This document shows, piece after piece, positions 12,465 to 24,540 of a stretch of 63,685 bases of DNA (position 1 is the stretch's first letter; every line of letters starts with the position of its first letter). The notes beneath the pieces are model-generated. The model ran no database searches. It was given only the letters and a program-made list of their open reading frames with translations, and had not been told where the DNA came from. The translations under genes were made by a program, and so were the position numbers. The DNA is from Octopus bimaculoides (lineage: Eukaryota): NCBI RefSeq assembly GCF_001194135.2, contig NC_068981.1, forward strand, positions 42,507,906 to 42,571,590, read 5' to 3'.

Positions 12465-13036
12465 AATAATATATATGTATGTATAATATGTATGTATAAT
12501 AATATATATAATAATGTCTAACACTAAAGTTTGTAGTTAATTAATATTATAATCGATATTATTGTTACATTGACGGAAAGGAATATTTAAAAACTATATC
12601 TTATTCATAAGTATGAATATTTGAAATTGATAGTACTAAACCAATAAAAGATTTTAATATGAATTATTTATCCGGTATTATAAAATTGTCAAATTCCAAT
12701 GAAAAAAGCCAAAATTTTGAAAAGACATTAAACATGTGACACAGTAAATACAATGATAATTCTGTTGACATCAGCAATACTAATTTCAATAACAGCTATA
12801 TTTTTTATTGTAAGATAGTATGTCAGATATGATGATAGGAGAGAGACTGGAATGAGTGGTTTTGTTACATGTAGAGATTATGGAAAGATGAATATTGGCA
12901 CTGCTTAAGGATAACTGGAACATATCTGATATAGTAATAGATGATATTTAGGAAAAAAAAAGGAAAAATGCTGGTATTTGCGAAAATGGCATTTGTTAAG
13001 TCTTTTGATAATTATCTTTCTTATTCCAAGCATTAA

Positions 13037-13242
13037 TCTCTCTCTCTCTGTCTGTGCCTATCTTTCTCTCTCTGTCTGTGCCTATCTTTCTCTCTCTGTC
13101 TGTGCCTATCTTTCTCTCTCTGTCTGTGCCTATCNNNNNNNNNNTCTGTGCCTATCTTTCTCTCTCTGTCTGTGCCTATCTTTCTCTCTCTGTCTGTGCC
13201 TATCTTTCTCTCTCTGTCTGTGCCTATCTTTCTCTCTCTTTC
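13037..13242. repeat. 24-bp minisatellite (TCTCTCTCTGTCTGTGCCTATCTT)n, about 8 units
   Basis: Perfect tandem units are visible on both sides of a 10-N gap. Confidence 0.95.
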
Positions 13243-13561
13243 TAGAGACCAACTAATTTTATGACATTTTAACAACTGATTCTATTTCTTCACCCCTCAC
13301 CACATTCTTTACATACTAAGATACTTTAAAGTTTACTGAAAAATAATTTGGTAGACAAATTCTGTTAAACACCTTGCCTCACCTTGCCTCCTGCACTAAG
13401 ACAAATTACAGATTACCACAATTCCATTGCGCTTAATTGAATGAATCACTAGTTTTGTCAGTAGTATAACCTAAATATACGAACATATACATGTAGATGT
13501 ATGTTTAAAACTGATTCTAAACTGATTTTAAGCATGCATGTTTAACATGCTTGTTTGTATA

Positions 13562-13595
<34 letters not shown>

Positions 13596-13940
13596 CTCGT
13601 GCGCGCAGCAAAATCAATGAAGAATACAGTGAAATTGTCATCAGGAATATAAAAGAAAGTTCTCTCTGAAAAGATGCATTATTTACCCCTCACGACAAGT
13701 TCAGTATACTTTTTTTACGAAATAATATGTCTTACCCAGATAGGCCAACACTCGTTCCATTTTGATTCTCTCTTATCGAATATACAAATCCAAACATATA
13801 GATATAATATATACACACGCTCATACACACACACATATATATCTATGTAAATATGTATATGTTTATGATGTTTATGAATGTAAGTGTATAGGATCATATA
13901 TGCATGCATACATACATACACACGCATGCATACATAGATT

Positions 13941-13972
<32 letters not shown>

Positions 13973-15185
13973 TGTATAAGGAAAGGATATACAATAAAAC
14001 GACCGACGAGTATCCTCAAGAACGAGCAAAAAGCGTAGAACATAACTGGAGTTGAGAAAAATCTGTTTTCCTATTATTTACGATCTGCGGTAAATACTTT
14101 TCATATTTTACCGGACGTAAATAATTTAGAAAATGTTTTTTTCTCATAAGAAAAAATATTTTTGTATGCTTACCACTAAAGTAAGATGCATTTAAAAAAG
14201 AAATCTTATGTTCGCTTCTTTGATCGCCATAACAACTTTTTTTTTATATATTCACGGGAATGAATCGATAAGTTAGAATCCGTTGCGAATGTTTTTCACA
14301 TTTTATCTCTAAAATGTAACTAAATTGTGTTTTTTCATCCTCATATTGAACATAAATTACATTATTGTGTTTTTTTCTCAATTTTCCTAACGTTATTTTT
14401 TTTATATTTACAGTTATCTCGCGTAGTCTTAAAAATATTGGCGGAGTTTGTAACATTGAAATTGATTCAAAATCCCCCGAATATATATTGTTTCTTATAA
14501 TCCAAGACGCAAACATGACATATTCCTGTCGTCCTACCCCCTCCTTTAGCAAAAAGGAAAATGTTTCCCACAGCCACTCTCAAACGAATGATTGATTGTC
14601 GAATTCAAGCTGCTAAATGTGAGGAATATATTTATTATAAGAAAAATAAGAGTGGAAGCTTAGTAGTTTCCTAAGAAAGGTAATTTATTTCTCTTTCGCT
14701 TCTCCCTCTTTCTTCTATTAATTAATTCATTTAGCATGATCAGAAAATATTACGCTTTAACGAAGAGCTCTGTCTTAAACTTCAGACTTTTCTTCTTACT
14801 TTCGATGAACCAATTTATTCTACTTTTGAACTATTTCCTTTTGTAGTAGTCTTGCCGACTACAGCAACGAAGACGAAGAATCAGCCGAAAGCAATGAAAA
14901 TGCGAGACCAATATTTGTTTGTTGAAGTGCCTACATACACATACTCGCACAAAACATACATACGCATGTGCTTCTGCACAATATTTGCATGCGTGTGCAC
15001 ACACAAAAATGTTTTTAGAGTAAATCTACCCTAAAGCATACTATCACTTAAAAATATACTTGATATTATGTTTCAAACGGTGGGTATTGAATATATTTCG
15101 CTGTTTGACATTGTTCAACATTTAATGAAAAATATTTATTATATCGGAGGAGTTTGTAATGGCAAAACACGGGTGCCACAAAGAC

Positions 15186-15225
<40 letters not shown>

Positions 15226-15739
15226 TCCATTTTCGCTGTTGATGTTGTTATCGTTGCTCTATATTGGATATGCTTCGCGTCGTCTCGTAGAAGATTTGTT
15301 GTTTTTGTTGTAGATACCATTTGGTTTTAAATTTCTTTGAACGTTACGTGAAGAGTGAAACAATAAGTGTGAGCTTTAAGGGGTACCTTTCTTATAACAA
15401 AGAATGTGTCACCACATCATGCATTTTAGTGTTTAGGAAGAGAAATGATACCCCCGATCAAGATACTGAAGAGCGACAATTACTCGTACTTTGATTGAAA
15501 CATCCCCATCTTAACTACAAGCGGCAGAAAAATAGACGTATACGAGAATATACGAGAACAATATACGAAAACAACAAGAAATCTAACAGCAACAACAATT
15601 ATACCAATAACTATAACAACACAGCACCAATAAGAACAAACCAGCAAAAAGACAACAGTATAGCAATAGCAACAACAAGAACGAGACTATCAATAAAATC
15701 AGCTGCAACAACAACGATGCCAATAAAGTAAGTTATGTT

Positions 15740-17148
15740 TCAATCCCGCAGGTGAACAATTTATTGTTGCATCTTGATGAAGTCAACAAAATACTTTTCT
15801 CTCTCATTAAACAAAGAGGTACGCCTTATACAAGCAGCACCACTTGTGAAAGTGAACGGGGGGAGAACCTAAGTTGCAACCCTAATTGTCGTTTTTGGAA
15901 GCGACTGTCCCTAAAACAAGATGTATCACTGTATATCGGCGAAAATCTGATGCATGAAGTAGGAACACACATCCAAAAGAAAAGAGCACTCAAACATATA
16001 TGGACAAACATAGAACATATTACTAAGGCTAGGCAATTCAGGAGTATGGAGGTACTTCAAAATCGAAATCTTCGCGCTGAGGCACTCTGCAGTTCCTATA
16101 CATGACAGAAAACTATTCCTTACACAAAGTATTTTGAAAGAAGGACTTGTCGCGTTAAAATAGATTGAGTTCCACCAAGATTAGACAAACAGTGAATATT
16201 GTTCCATGTTTTCTTGGAGGGCATAGATACTCCCCTCGACGTAAAAACGAAGTGAGAAAAAAGCTTTGCTTTGGGTCTATAGTGGAGATCCTTCTGTATG
16301 TGAAGCTGTAGTGCAACCGTTTGTTGCTGTCGAGGGTAGAAAGAAAAGATTCCACTTTTATGGCACTTAAAGTCACTTAAGTGCTTTATGTTCCCAATAA
16401 ACAGGAAAGAGGGACATCTACTATTGCTGGAGCATAGGTCCATCAACAATTATAGGATTGGAGTATGACAAAATTGGCCAGCCATTGCTTCAAGAAGCTG
16501 GTGTTCTTCCGCGAGATACTCAAAAAGACAGGTAAGGCAAGATTCGGAAGATATCTGAATCAAATTTTTGTCCATAGTGAAAGCAAACCTTTCAGTATAA
16601 TCTGCTTAAGCTTTAACATCTAGAACGGCGTTGGAATAGGCTGAGAGTTTACTGATGTACTTGTTAATCGCAGTATATAGGGCTGCATAACACAATAACG
16701 AATATCAGTGGAAATGAAAGCTACACAGAGCATTGGCTCGTTGTCGCTCTTGTAATGCAAATGTGAGCAGAATTAGCATACAAGGAATGAGGAACGACAT
16801 ATGGTAGGGAGGAGTTCTGCTGTTTGATTCGGACCATACAATCATTCTAGAAGCATCATTCGTCGTGAGTGCTGAGACAAAGTGATGAGATTGATGGTCA
16901 GGAAAAATAAAGCCCAATTGTTATAGTTGTGTTTGCAAGGGATTGTTGCTATGCAGAGAAAGAGAAACCGAGAGAAGATGACGAAGGTTGGCAGTAGCAC
17001 CACGTCCAGTCTTCAAAAATTCATTGATAGCTGACGTAGCGGTAGCTGTCTCAGTATCATCACCGTGAGTCGCATCGACGATTGTAGCTCCAAAGGTGGC
17101 CGGAAATGCCACCTTAACATCGGTTTCGGAAGTGAACAATAAAGGAAC
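15740..17148 (-). CDS. Candidate terminal exon of an unidentified host gene (coding 17148-16921 if phase 0, plus ~1.2 kb 3'UTR)
   Basis: Acceptor CTTTGTTCTAATTTTCTAG|GTT at 17149/17148. Open frame VPLLFTSETDVKVAF...NNPLQTQL*. Repeat-free complex sequence ends at AATAAA (15765-15760). No homolog recognised. Confidence 0.4.
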
Positions 17149-20100
17149 CTAGAAAATTAGAACAAAGTATATTGTACAGTATTTGCTGCATTTGAGTTGC
17201 ACAGGCCCCCACTTGTCTCTCTTCTCGTGAATAATGAGAGCAATTGATAGGTCGTTTAAGCATCTGTAATGAATGACAATACTATTTACAAAACGAGATG
17301 TAAAATGTTAAATCTATAACGTTCATGGAAAAGTTGAACAGAATTTGATAGAAACTGGCCTTCAAGCTAACTTTTGCTGGCATATTTGGAGTTTCAGATC
17401 AATACAACGACTAGCTTCTACTAATAAACCAGAATCTACTCGTTCTGCTTTACTAGAGCGAACACGAACCTACACAGCAACAACAATAGCCATAACCCAA
17501 ACCTGTAAAAGCTGATGTCTTCCATATCAGCGTTTTTATATACTTTAAAGATATATTGCAATATACCGATAAAATATATATGTATATGCACGCGAGCACA
17601 CACAAAATACATACATACATACATACATACACACATACATACATACATATACATACATACACACACATGTATGGATGGATATATAAATAGGCAGATATAT
17701 AGATATAAAATACTCTATTGACAGTGGTATTGGTATCACTGCATTATTATAAACAACCTCACTGAAATCAGTATTTTGTTCATAACAATTGCTTTTTTGC
17801 GAAGACCAAAAGTGTCACCGATTTAAATTACAGCATCACAGTATTTAGAAATTGTGAAATTGATATAGGTTTGTGTTGAAATTGTAATACTTGTCAAAAT
17901 GTTTATTTTTATAAACTCGTTGGAGACATCAGAAGAAATTTTATTGAGTGGGTATTGTTACAAACTTACACAGTTTCAATACAAATGTCTAGTTTTTGTG
18001 CCAAGAATAATGAAAGCACATGTATTATATGTATATAAATAGATGTGTTGCCAAAATGTCTGGTGGAAAGCCAAACCAACAACAGGAAACTATACAAAGC
18101 TAGATTGACCAACAGAAACGATAGATTTTTCATTGAAGTTTGTATCATGTAAATTTCGACTGGTGGTTGGAAAGTTATTTCTCCCGGAGCTACGTTTAAG
18201 AATTGTAACAAACAAAGTGACTATTTGGGTCGACGAGGTTATTGTTCTAAAACAACAGTGCTTTGCTATATCGTGTAAATTTAGAATTCTAATTGAAATT
18301 TGATTTAGCCGCTAGGATTGACAACGCTGGAATTTTCGAACAGCAGAGCGACTATAGAACATAACGGAAGCAACCTATTAAACGAAAAGACTCATAATTG
18401 CTCTCACTAAATTAAAAGAACTTACAGGGTTGAATTTACTGATAGAATCCCATAAATCAAATATATGATAAAGTTATACACATTAGAGTTTTAAATTTTC
18501 GATTAGTTTTCGTGGTTTTCTAAATAATGGAACTATAACTGTCTTTCAGTACTTTCTTTTATCTGAGATTATCTAACAATTACGTTATGTTATGGGCAAT
18601 ATTTTAGTACGAAGTATTTGATTCTTTAACACTAAATCGATAAACATAAAACAAGTAAAATCTACCAACATTACCTGAGTCTAACAGCATTGAATGGGCG
18701 AGTGTCAGATTCATATCTAAATAATATGCTACACTATATACTATGCATTTTATCAATAGTGAGAGAGCTAACATGCTAGGTAAAATAGTCGTTAATTTCA
18801 TACTCAAACTTTTAGGCATTCGTTCAGTTGTTTTTCTTGCGTAAGAAAATATAGATAAAAGCTATCAAATCTAACAAATCTGCTTTTAATTAGTTGTATT
18901 TCAACAAGAAGTTGACTGGTTCTGGTATACAGAGTAACTTCACATCAGTTGTTCACTTGTTAGCTTATTTATGATCTTGCGTCAGTTCAACTAGTACAAA
19001 GATACCGAATAGTTTTTTTATACTAGCACAAGGTTTTAGATCTATAAAAAATCGGACGAGTGATACTGGGACACTTATAACCTAGGTCGCATAGAGACAC
19101 TTATAACCTTGTCACATGCAATAATAAATAACGAACAGCCTAAACGAGTGTCCAATACTAACTGATCAAATTATGAGCCCTAGTTATTGCCACCATGCGT
19201 TTTATTTTAACTACAAGGCACCTATTTTAGATAGTGATAAAAGGGGCATGCTTGTCGTTTTCGATCTAATGAGGGAATCTCTTTTTGGTTGCACAATATG
19301 CTTGAAGTAGCAACCAAATCTTTCTGACATTTCAGTCTAGTGTTTATAACTATGTAGCTGATGTTGGATAATGTAAACCAGAGGTGACTCGGAAATTAAA
19401 CATCAGTATATATGTTATTTTATTCCGGTGTTCACTAATATGACGTTATATCCAGTTAATATACGACATCAGTCACCATCTCGCTCCTACATACTTAGCT
19501 ACAAAATTTCTTTAGATGTTTTCACCAGTTTTGCTTTTCTTTGTCAAAAACACTTTTTTCCATATTCCTCCAGCTACATACTTGCAATATTCTCATAAGC
19601 CTATATCTTAGTACCGGCCTTTAACTGACACCATACTATATTATGCTAATTATCTAACCACCCCACCTCAAAATACATTTGATACATCCTGTTAAACCAG
19701 ATATAATGTTTACAAAGCTGTCACGGTATTCTTTGGCTATTACAAATACTCCGCCAATTTTGAGAGAAATTAAGAAATAACATTTCCACGTCAAAGAACG
19801 AACACCCGTAATTACATTGGCTAATTTGTTATTACTCTTCTTTTTATTGTATTACAGTTCCTTGTTCCGAAGGTAATGAGTAAACTTTGCTTTAAGTAAA
19901 GCGAGTGAAGAACATTGATGTAGAATGTTGCATTATTCATGAGAGGCTGTAATATTTTGGGAAACTAAAGTGCTGACCAATATTACCGGGACTTAATCAT
20001 CAAGCATAACAAAGAACGGTTTCTTTATCTACATCATAATAGTAGGCTACTAACAGCTATCAATATTCTGTGGTCGACAGCTATTCAACTTGTCAGTAAA

Positions 20101-21569
20101 CTGTAGTCATTTATTAGGTAGTTCATTTCCGAGTAGAACAATAGTTGTGAGCATATTTTCAAACATTGATTTGACGTTCAAAAGCATTGATTTGTTCTGT
20201 TTATACTTGTTCAAGTTAGTAAGAAGTGTTATATTACTATCCAGAGGGGAAATGATTCGGTGTCAAACAATACAATATGAAGAACAATATCGCATATCAA
20301 AATCTTAATATAAACTTACCTAAATTAAATGACTGTAATCTCTAAACACTAATCGTCTAAAGTGAAACCGCTTATACATAACGTTACCCAAGAATTATAT
20401 TAACAATGAACATCTTATTACATTCTACAAGAGTGAAATATTCACCATAAGGATTTACCGTTCTTATAGCTATAAGAATCTTGGATGTCAATGAATTTCA
20501 GTAACTTGCCTACTGAGGCTGAAGTAGTTCAGTGTTAGTTGGATTAGATGGAACACACCTATCATTCCAACCGTGAGCATAATATTTTTCTTTCATGCTG
20601 ACATAGTTCTGCAACCACACTTTCCAATGTGACTTGTTTTGAGGAAAAATTCGTCGCTATTTCTTGCAGATCGGGCGGTTGACACTTCAATGAACGAGGG
20701 CGGCACCTATGAAGTTACTCGAGCTGAAGGAAGACAGGTTGATTTTTAGCAATCTGATAGTTCAATTTGTAACCCTGTTTCCAGCCATTATTTCACATCC
20801 AGTGGACTCGATATTAAGAAGATTACCAAATATTACGTCTACTATAATGTTGATACAACAGTTTCATCTTGCTCAAATCTCCAAAAGTGTGCTCCATTTC
20901 GACCAAAAACTAATGCTGTAGCTCGAATAGCCTACAATAATTTGATACTTCGCGCCTGAATTTACACGCAATAATTCATTTTAAGACACTTTTTCCTTTA
21001 TTTCTCTTTATCAAAACTTTCACGCTTTCAAACTTTCTATCTGTATATTGAATCTCATTAACCGCTCTCACCGGTTATCGATTTGAGGAAAGAGATTTCA
21101 CAGAGTAAGAGCAATAATATTTCTCTGCGGGCATCACAAGAAATCGATCTATTTATATCGAGTCCTCGCTGGCGTGTCGAAATAAGTGTAGTTAAACAGG
21201 GCTGAAAATTCTATTTCTGGTTAATGACATGAATAACTTGACCTCTAATGTTTAAAGGGTAATATTTTGAACTTAGATATTTAGGGATAAATATGCTGAC
21301 CACTGGTATCTTCAGTCTATATGTATGTAAGTATGTATATATGTATGTATGCATGCATTTATATTCATATTGGTTATTGGATGGGATTTTCCATGTTCAG
21401 GACGAAGGCCTCAGCATATTCTCTCCACCGACCATGGTCTGATAAATAGACTGAGCATTTGAGCTTGAGATCATACTGGTTTGATGAGCCTACTCTTCCA
21501 CGCTGCCTTGACATGGCTTGGCATAGAGGTGCAGTTCTTTTGGTATACTTTTACACAGGGGTAGCTAAG

Positions 21570-21726
21570 TTAATGACATTCGTCACAGTGCTCAACTGGT
21601 ACTTATTTTATCGACCCCGAAAGGATGACAGCCAGTGTCGACAAAAGGTGAACCCACAACAAAGACAGACGAGGTATCATTGAACATTTTGTCCGGTATG
21701 CTAACGATTCTGCCAGCTCTCCGCCT
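21570..21726 (-). mobile_element. tRNA-derived SINE, family B (Meta-like domain)
   Basis: Reverse complement of the GGCGGAGAGCTGGCAGAATCG head and CATCCTTTCGGGGTCGATAAAATAAGTACCAG. Confidence 0.85.
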
Positions 21727-21756
21727 TTACACACACACATACACACTGTACACACA

Positions 21757-21861
<105 letters not shown>

Positions 21862-21871
21862 NNNNNNNNNN

Positions 21872-21949
<78 letters not shown>

Positions 21950-23191
21950 GACATGACAAGTAAATAGAAACCCCCCATAAAGCATCGTTTTATATTTATT
22001 CTCACTTGTAAAAGTTTATACTTTTTATTAATTCACATTTTTATGTTTCAGGTTCTATATGTGATTGTTTAATAATACCATGTACAAAAGAATCCATGGA
22101 ACTGTCTGAATTTCAAAGAGGCCGTATCGTGCGTCATTCAGAAGGTGGACATAGTCAGCGTAAAATCGCAGAAAACTTTGGGATCCCGCTTTCTACAGTT
22201 AATAGTGATTGTGCAATTCCCCAGAGAGGGGAAGAAGTTCATACCGTTTCGTCCAGATCAACCAGAGCCCTCTGACAGGGCCATTCTCTTTGTTAAGAAA
22301 AATGTGGAGGATACTCCTCGTTGCGAGGCGTCTGACATAACAGAATACGTTGATTTCTGTCTCAGAACAGCTGTCAGGTATCTCCACAAACTTAGTTTCT
22401 ATGGCAGAGCAGCAAGAAGGAAGCCACTTCTTCGACCAGCCAACATTAAGTGAAGAAAAGATTGGGCCAGTGAGATGGTGGAGAGGCCACTAGCCATTTA
22501 GGGCTCTGTCATATTCTCTGATGAGTGCAGATCTGCTGTATTTCTTGACAATGGTCGAGTGTAGATCTGGAGACTCTGTGATCAGGAATTTGATGGGAAA
22601 AGATTGCAGCCAACAATGAAACACGGCAGCTATTCAGTGATGGTCTGGGGAGCAATTTGGAGCAATGGTTGATCAGAGCTAGTGGAGTGTGAGGGAAATA
22701 TAAACTCAGATATATATATGTGTCCATATTGCAGAAAGGACTCCTTCCAATCATCTCCAGTGGTGAAATGATAAAAGAAGACTCTTTATTTATGGAAAAT
22801 GGAGCTCCTTGTCACACGGCTAAAATGCCCCAAGATTTGTTGGATGAATATGACATTAAAAAGCTTCCATGACCAATCCAGTCACCAGATATGAACTCCA
22901 TTGAGACATAATGGACTGGACATTTCATAAAAAGAACAAGATAGTATCTTCAAAGCCAGATCTTTTGAGATTACTGCATGAAACTTGGCAAGAAATTCTG
23001 CAAGACTACAAGATAGTATTTTTCATCTTATCAGTAACATGCCAAATAGGGTCCTTGCATCGAAAAATGCAAAGGGCATGTCTACTAAATATTAAATATT
23101 CACATTATAACAGTTAATAAATAATTTGGATGTATAATTTCACATTTGAATAAATTTTAATGATTATAAGGGCGTCTATTTACTTCTGTCA

Positions 23192-23194
<3 letters not shown>
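21950..23194 (+). mobile_element. Full-length but inactive Tc1 transposon
   Basis: TIRs ACATGACA(GA)AGTAAATAGA at 21950 and 23173-23194. Transposase 22096-23095: [11 protein letters not shown]...RKPLL...VIFSDE...VMVWGAI...FMENGAPCHTA...SPDMNSIE, with stops, frameshifts and an apparent D-to-N change at the second catalytic site. Confidence 0.92.
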
Positions 23195-23237
<43 letters not shown>

Positions 23238-24084
23238 CGTGTTTGCGCGCGCGTGCGTGTATATTACGCGCACACATACACACATATATTCTACCAGTTT
23301 AATCATTTTGTTATAGCAATCTTTATGGTAGACTTTATCTTACATTATTTCGGGACCGATAAAATCAGCCTTGTTCCTATGTAATAACTCATAATTATTT
23401 CGTATTAAAGTATTTTTCAGCACAGTGTCAAGATATTTATTTATAATAAATATAATTCATCAATTCTATGTGAAATTTTAACTTATGATAATCAGATAAA
23501 AAAGATATAAAAAGGAGAAGTAAAGCAAGGTAGATAGAGAAAAATGGTGGTGAGAAACATGAATGATCATAAAACCATTGTTCTTTAACGTAGGCACAAG
23601 AGAACTAACTAGATTATAATCCAATCAATCCCAGTATTTATCTGTTACTTATTGCTCGAAATTAGAGCTTCGAAAATTAAAAAAAAATCGTAATTTTGCG
23701 TTTCACAATGCATACAATTTTACTTGGTGTTGAATAGAAATCGGAAAAATAATTGTGACTAATTTCTTTTGTGCATTGATAATTTTGGTTGTATCACGAA
23801 AGATTCAGCTGTTGTTTAACAAAGCGAGAATGTTCAGTAGGGAAAAGACCTAAAACTAATTCAAGCTGTTTATTGTACATATATATGTATATATATATAT
23901 ATTGTACATATATATGTATATATGAGTTTGCGTTTGTATATGTTTCTCATTTAGAAACGGAAAAGTTGAAATGCCTTAGGCATTTGAAAGTCAAATCTGT
24001 TGTGAACTAGCTATATTAACCACAACAAAACGAAAACAAAAGATTGACTGCCTAGATTAAGAAAAATTAACATAAATAGATAAT

Positions 24085-24292
24085 ATTGATTTTAAATTTT
24101 GGTACAAGGCCAGCAAGTTCGGAGGAGAGGTTAAGTCGATTACGCCGACCCCAGTGCTCAACTGGTAATTATTTCATCGACCACGAAAGGAAAAGACGGC
24201 TGCGGAGGAAATTGAACTCGAAGCGTAAAGACGGAAGAAATGCCGCTAAGCATTTTGCCTGGTGTGGCAACGATTTTGCCAGCTCACCGCCT
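24085..24292 (-). mobile_element. SINE family B
   Basis: Complete head (ends CCAGCTCACCGCC on +), Meta-like core and tail. Confidence 0.88.
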
Positions 24293-24321
24293 TACTCTAG
24301 CAATTAATATTAGCTACTTAA

Positions 24322-24540
24322 AGGGTGGTGAGCTGGCAGAATTGTTACCAATCTGGGCAAAATGCTTAGCGGCATTTCGTTCGTCTTTAGGCTTTGAGTT
24401 CAAATTCCGCTGAGGTCGACTTTCCCTTTCGTCGTTTCGGAGTCGATAAAATAAGAACCAGTTGAGTACTGGGGTCGAGATAATCAACTAACCCTTTCCC
24501 TCTAAGTTGCTGGCCTGTGCCTACATTTGAAGCTAATATT
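24322..24540 (+). mobile_element. SINE family B
   Basis: GGTGGTGAGCTGGCAGAA...GAGTTCAAATTCCGC...GTCGATAAAATAAGAACCAG...ACTGGGGTCGA. Confidence 0.88.

Noticed and set aside
15465-15500. CTGAAGAG...CTCGTAC hammerhead-like string
   Set aside because: The GAAA box is broken and there is no stem I or stem III.
15752-16105. Plus-strand ORF with Walker-B-like LLLHLDEV, and a possible plus exon at 16405-16531
   Set aside because: No Walker A or downstream motifs, and no connecting exons. The minus-strand terminal-exon model fits the island boundaries better, although the plus-strand model is not excluded.
16990-17030. EFLKTGR resemblance to the PKI inhibitor motif
   Set aside because: It lacks the essential GRRNA pseudosubstrate.
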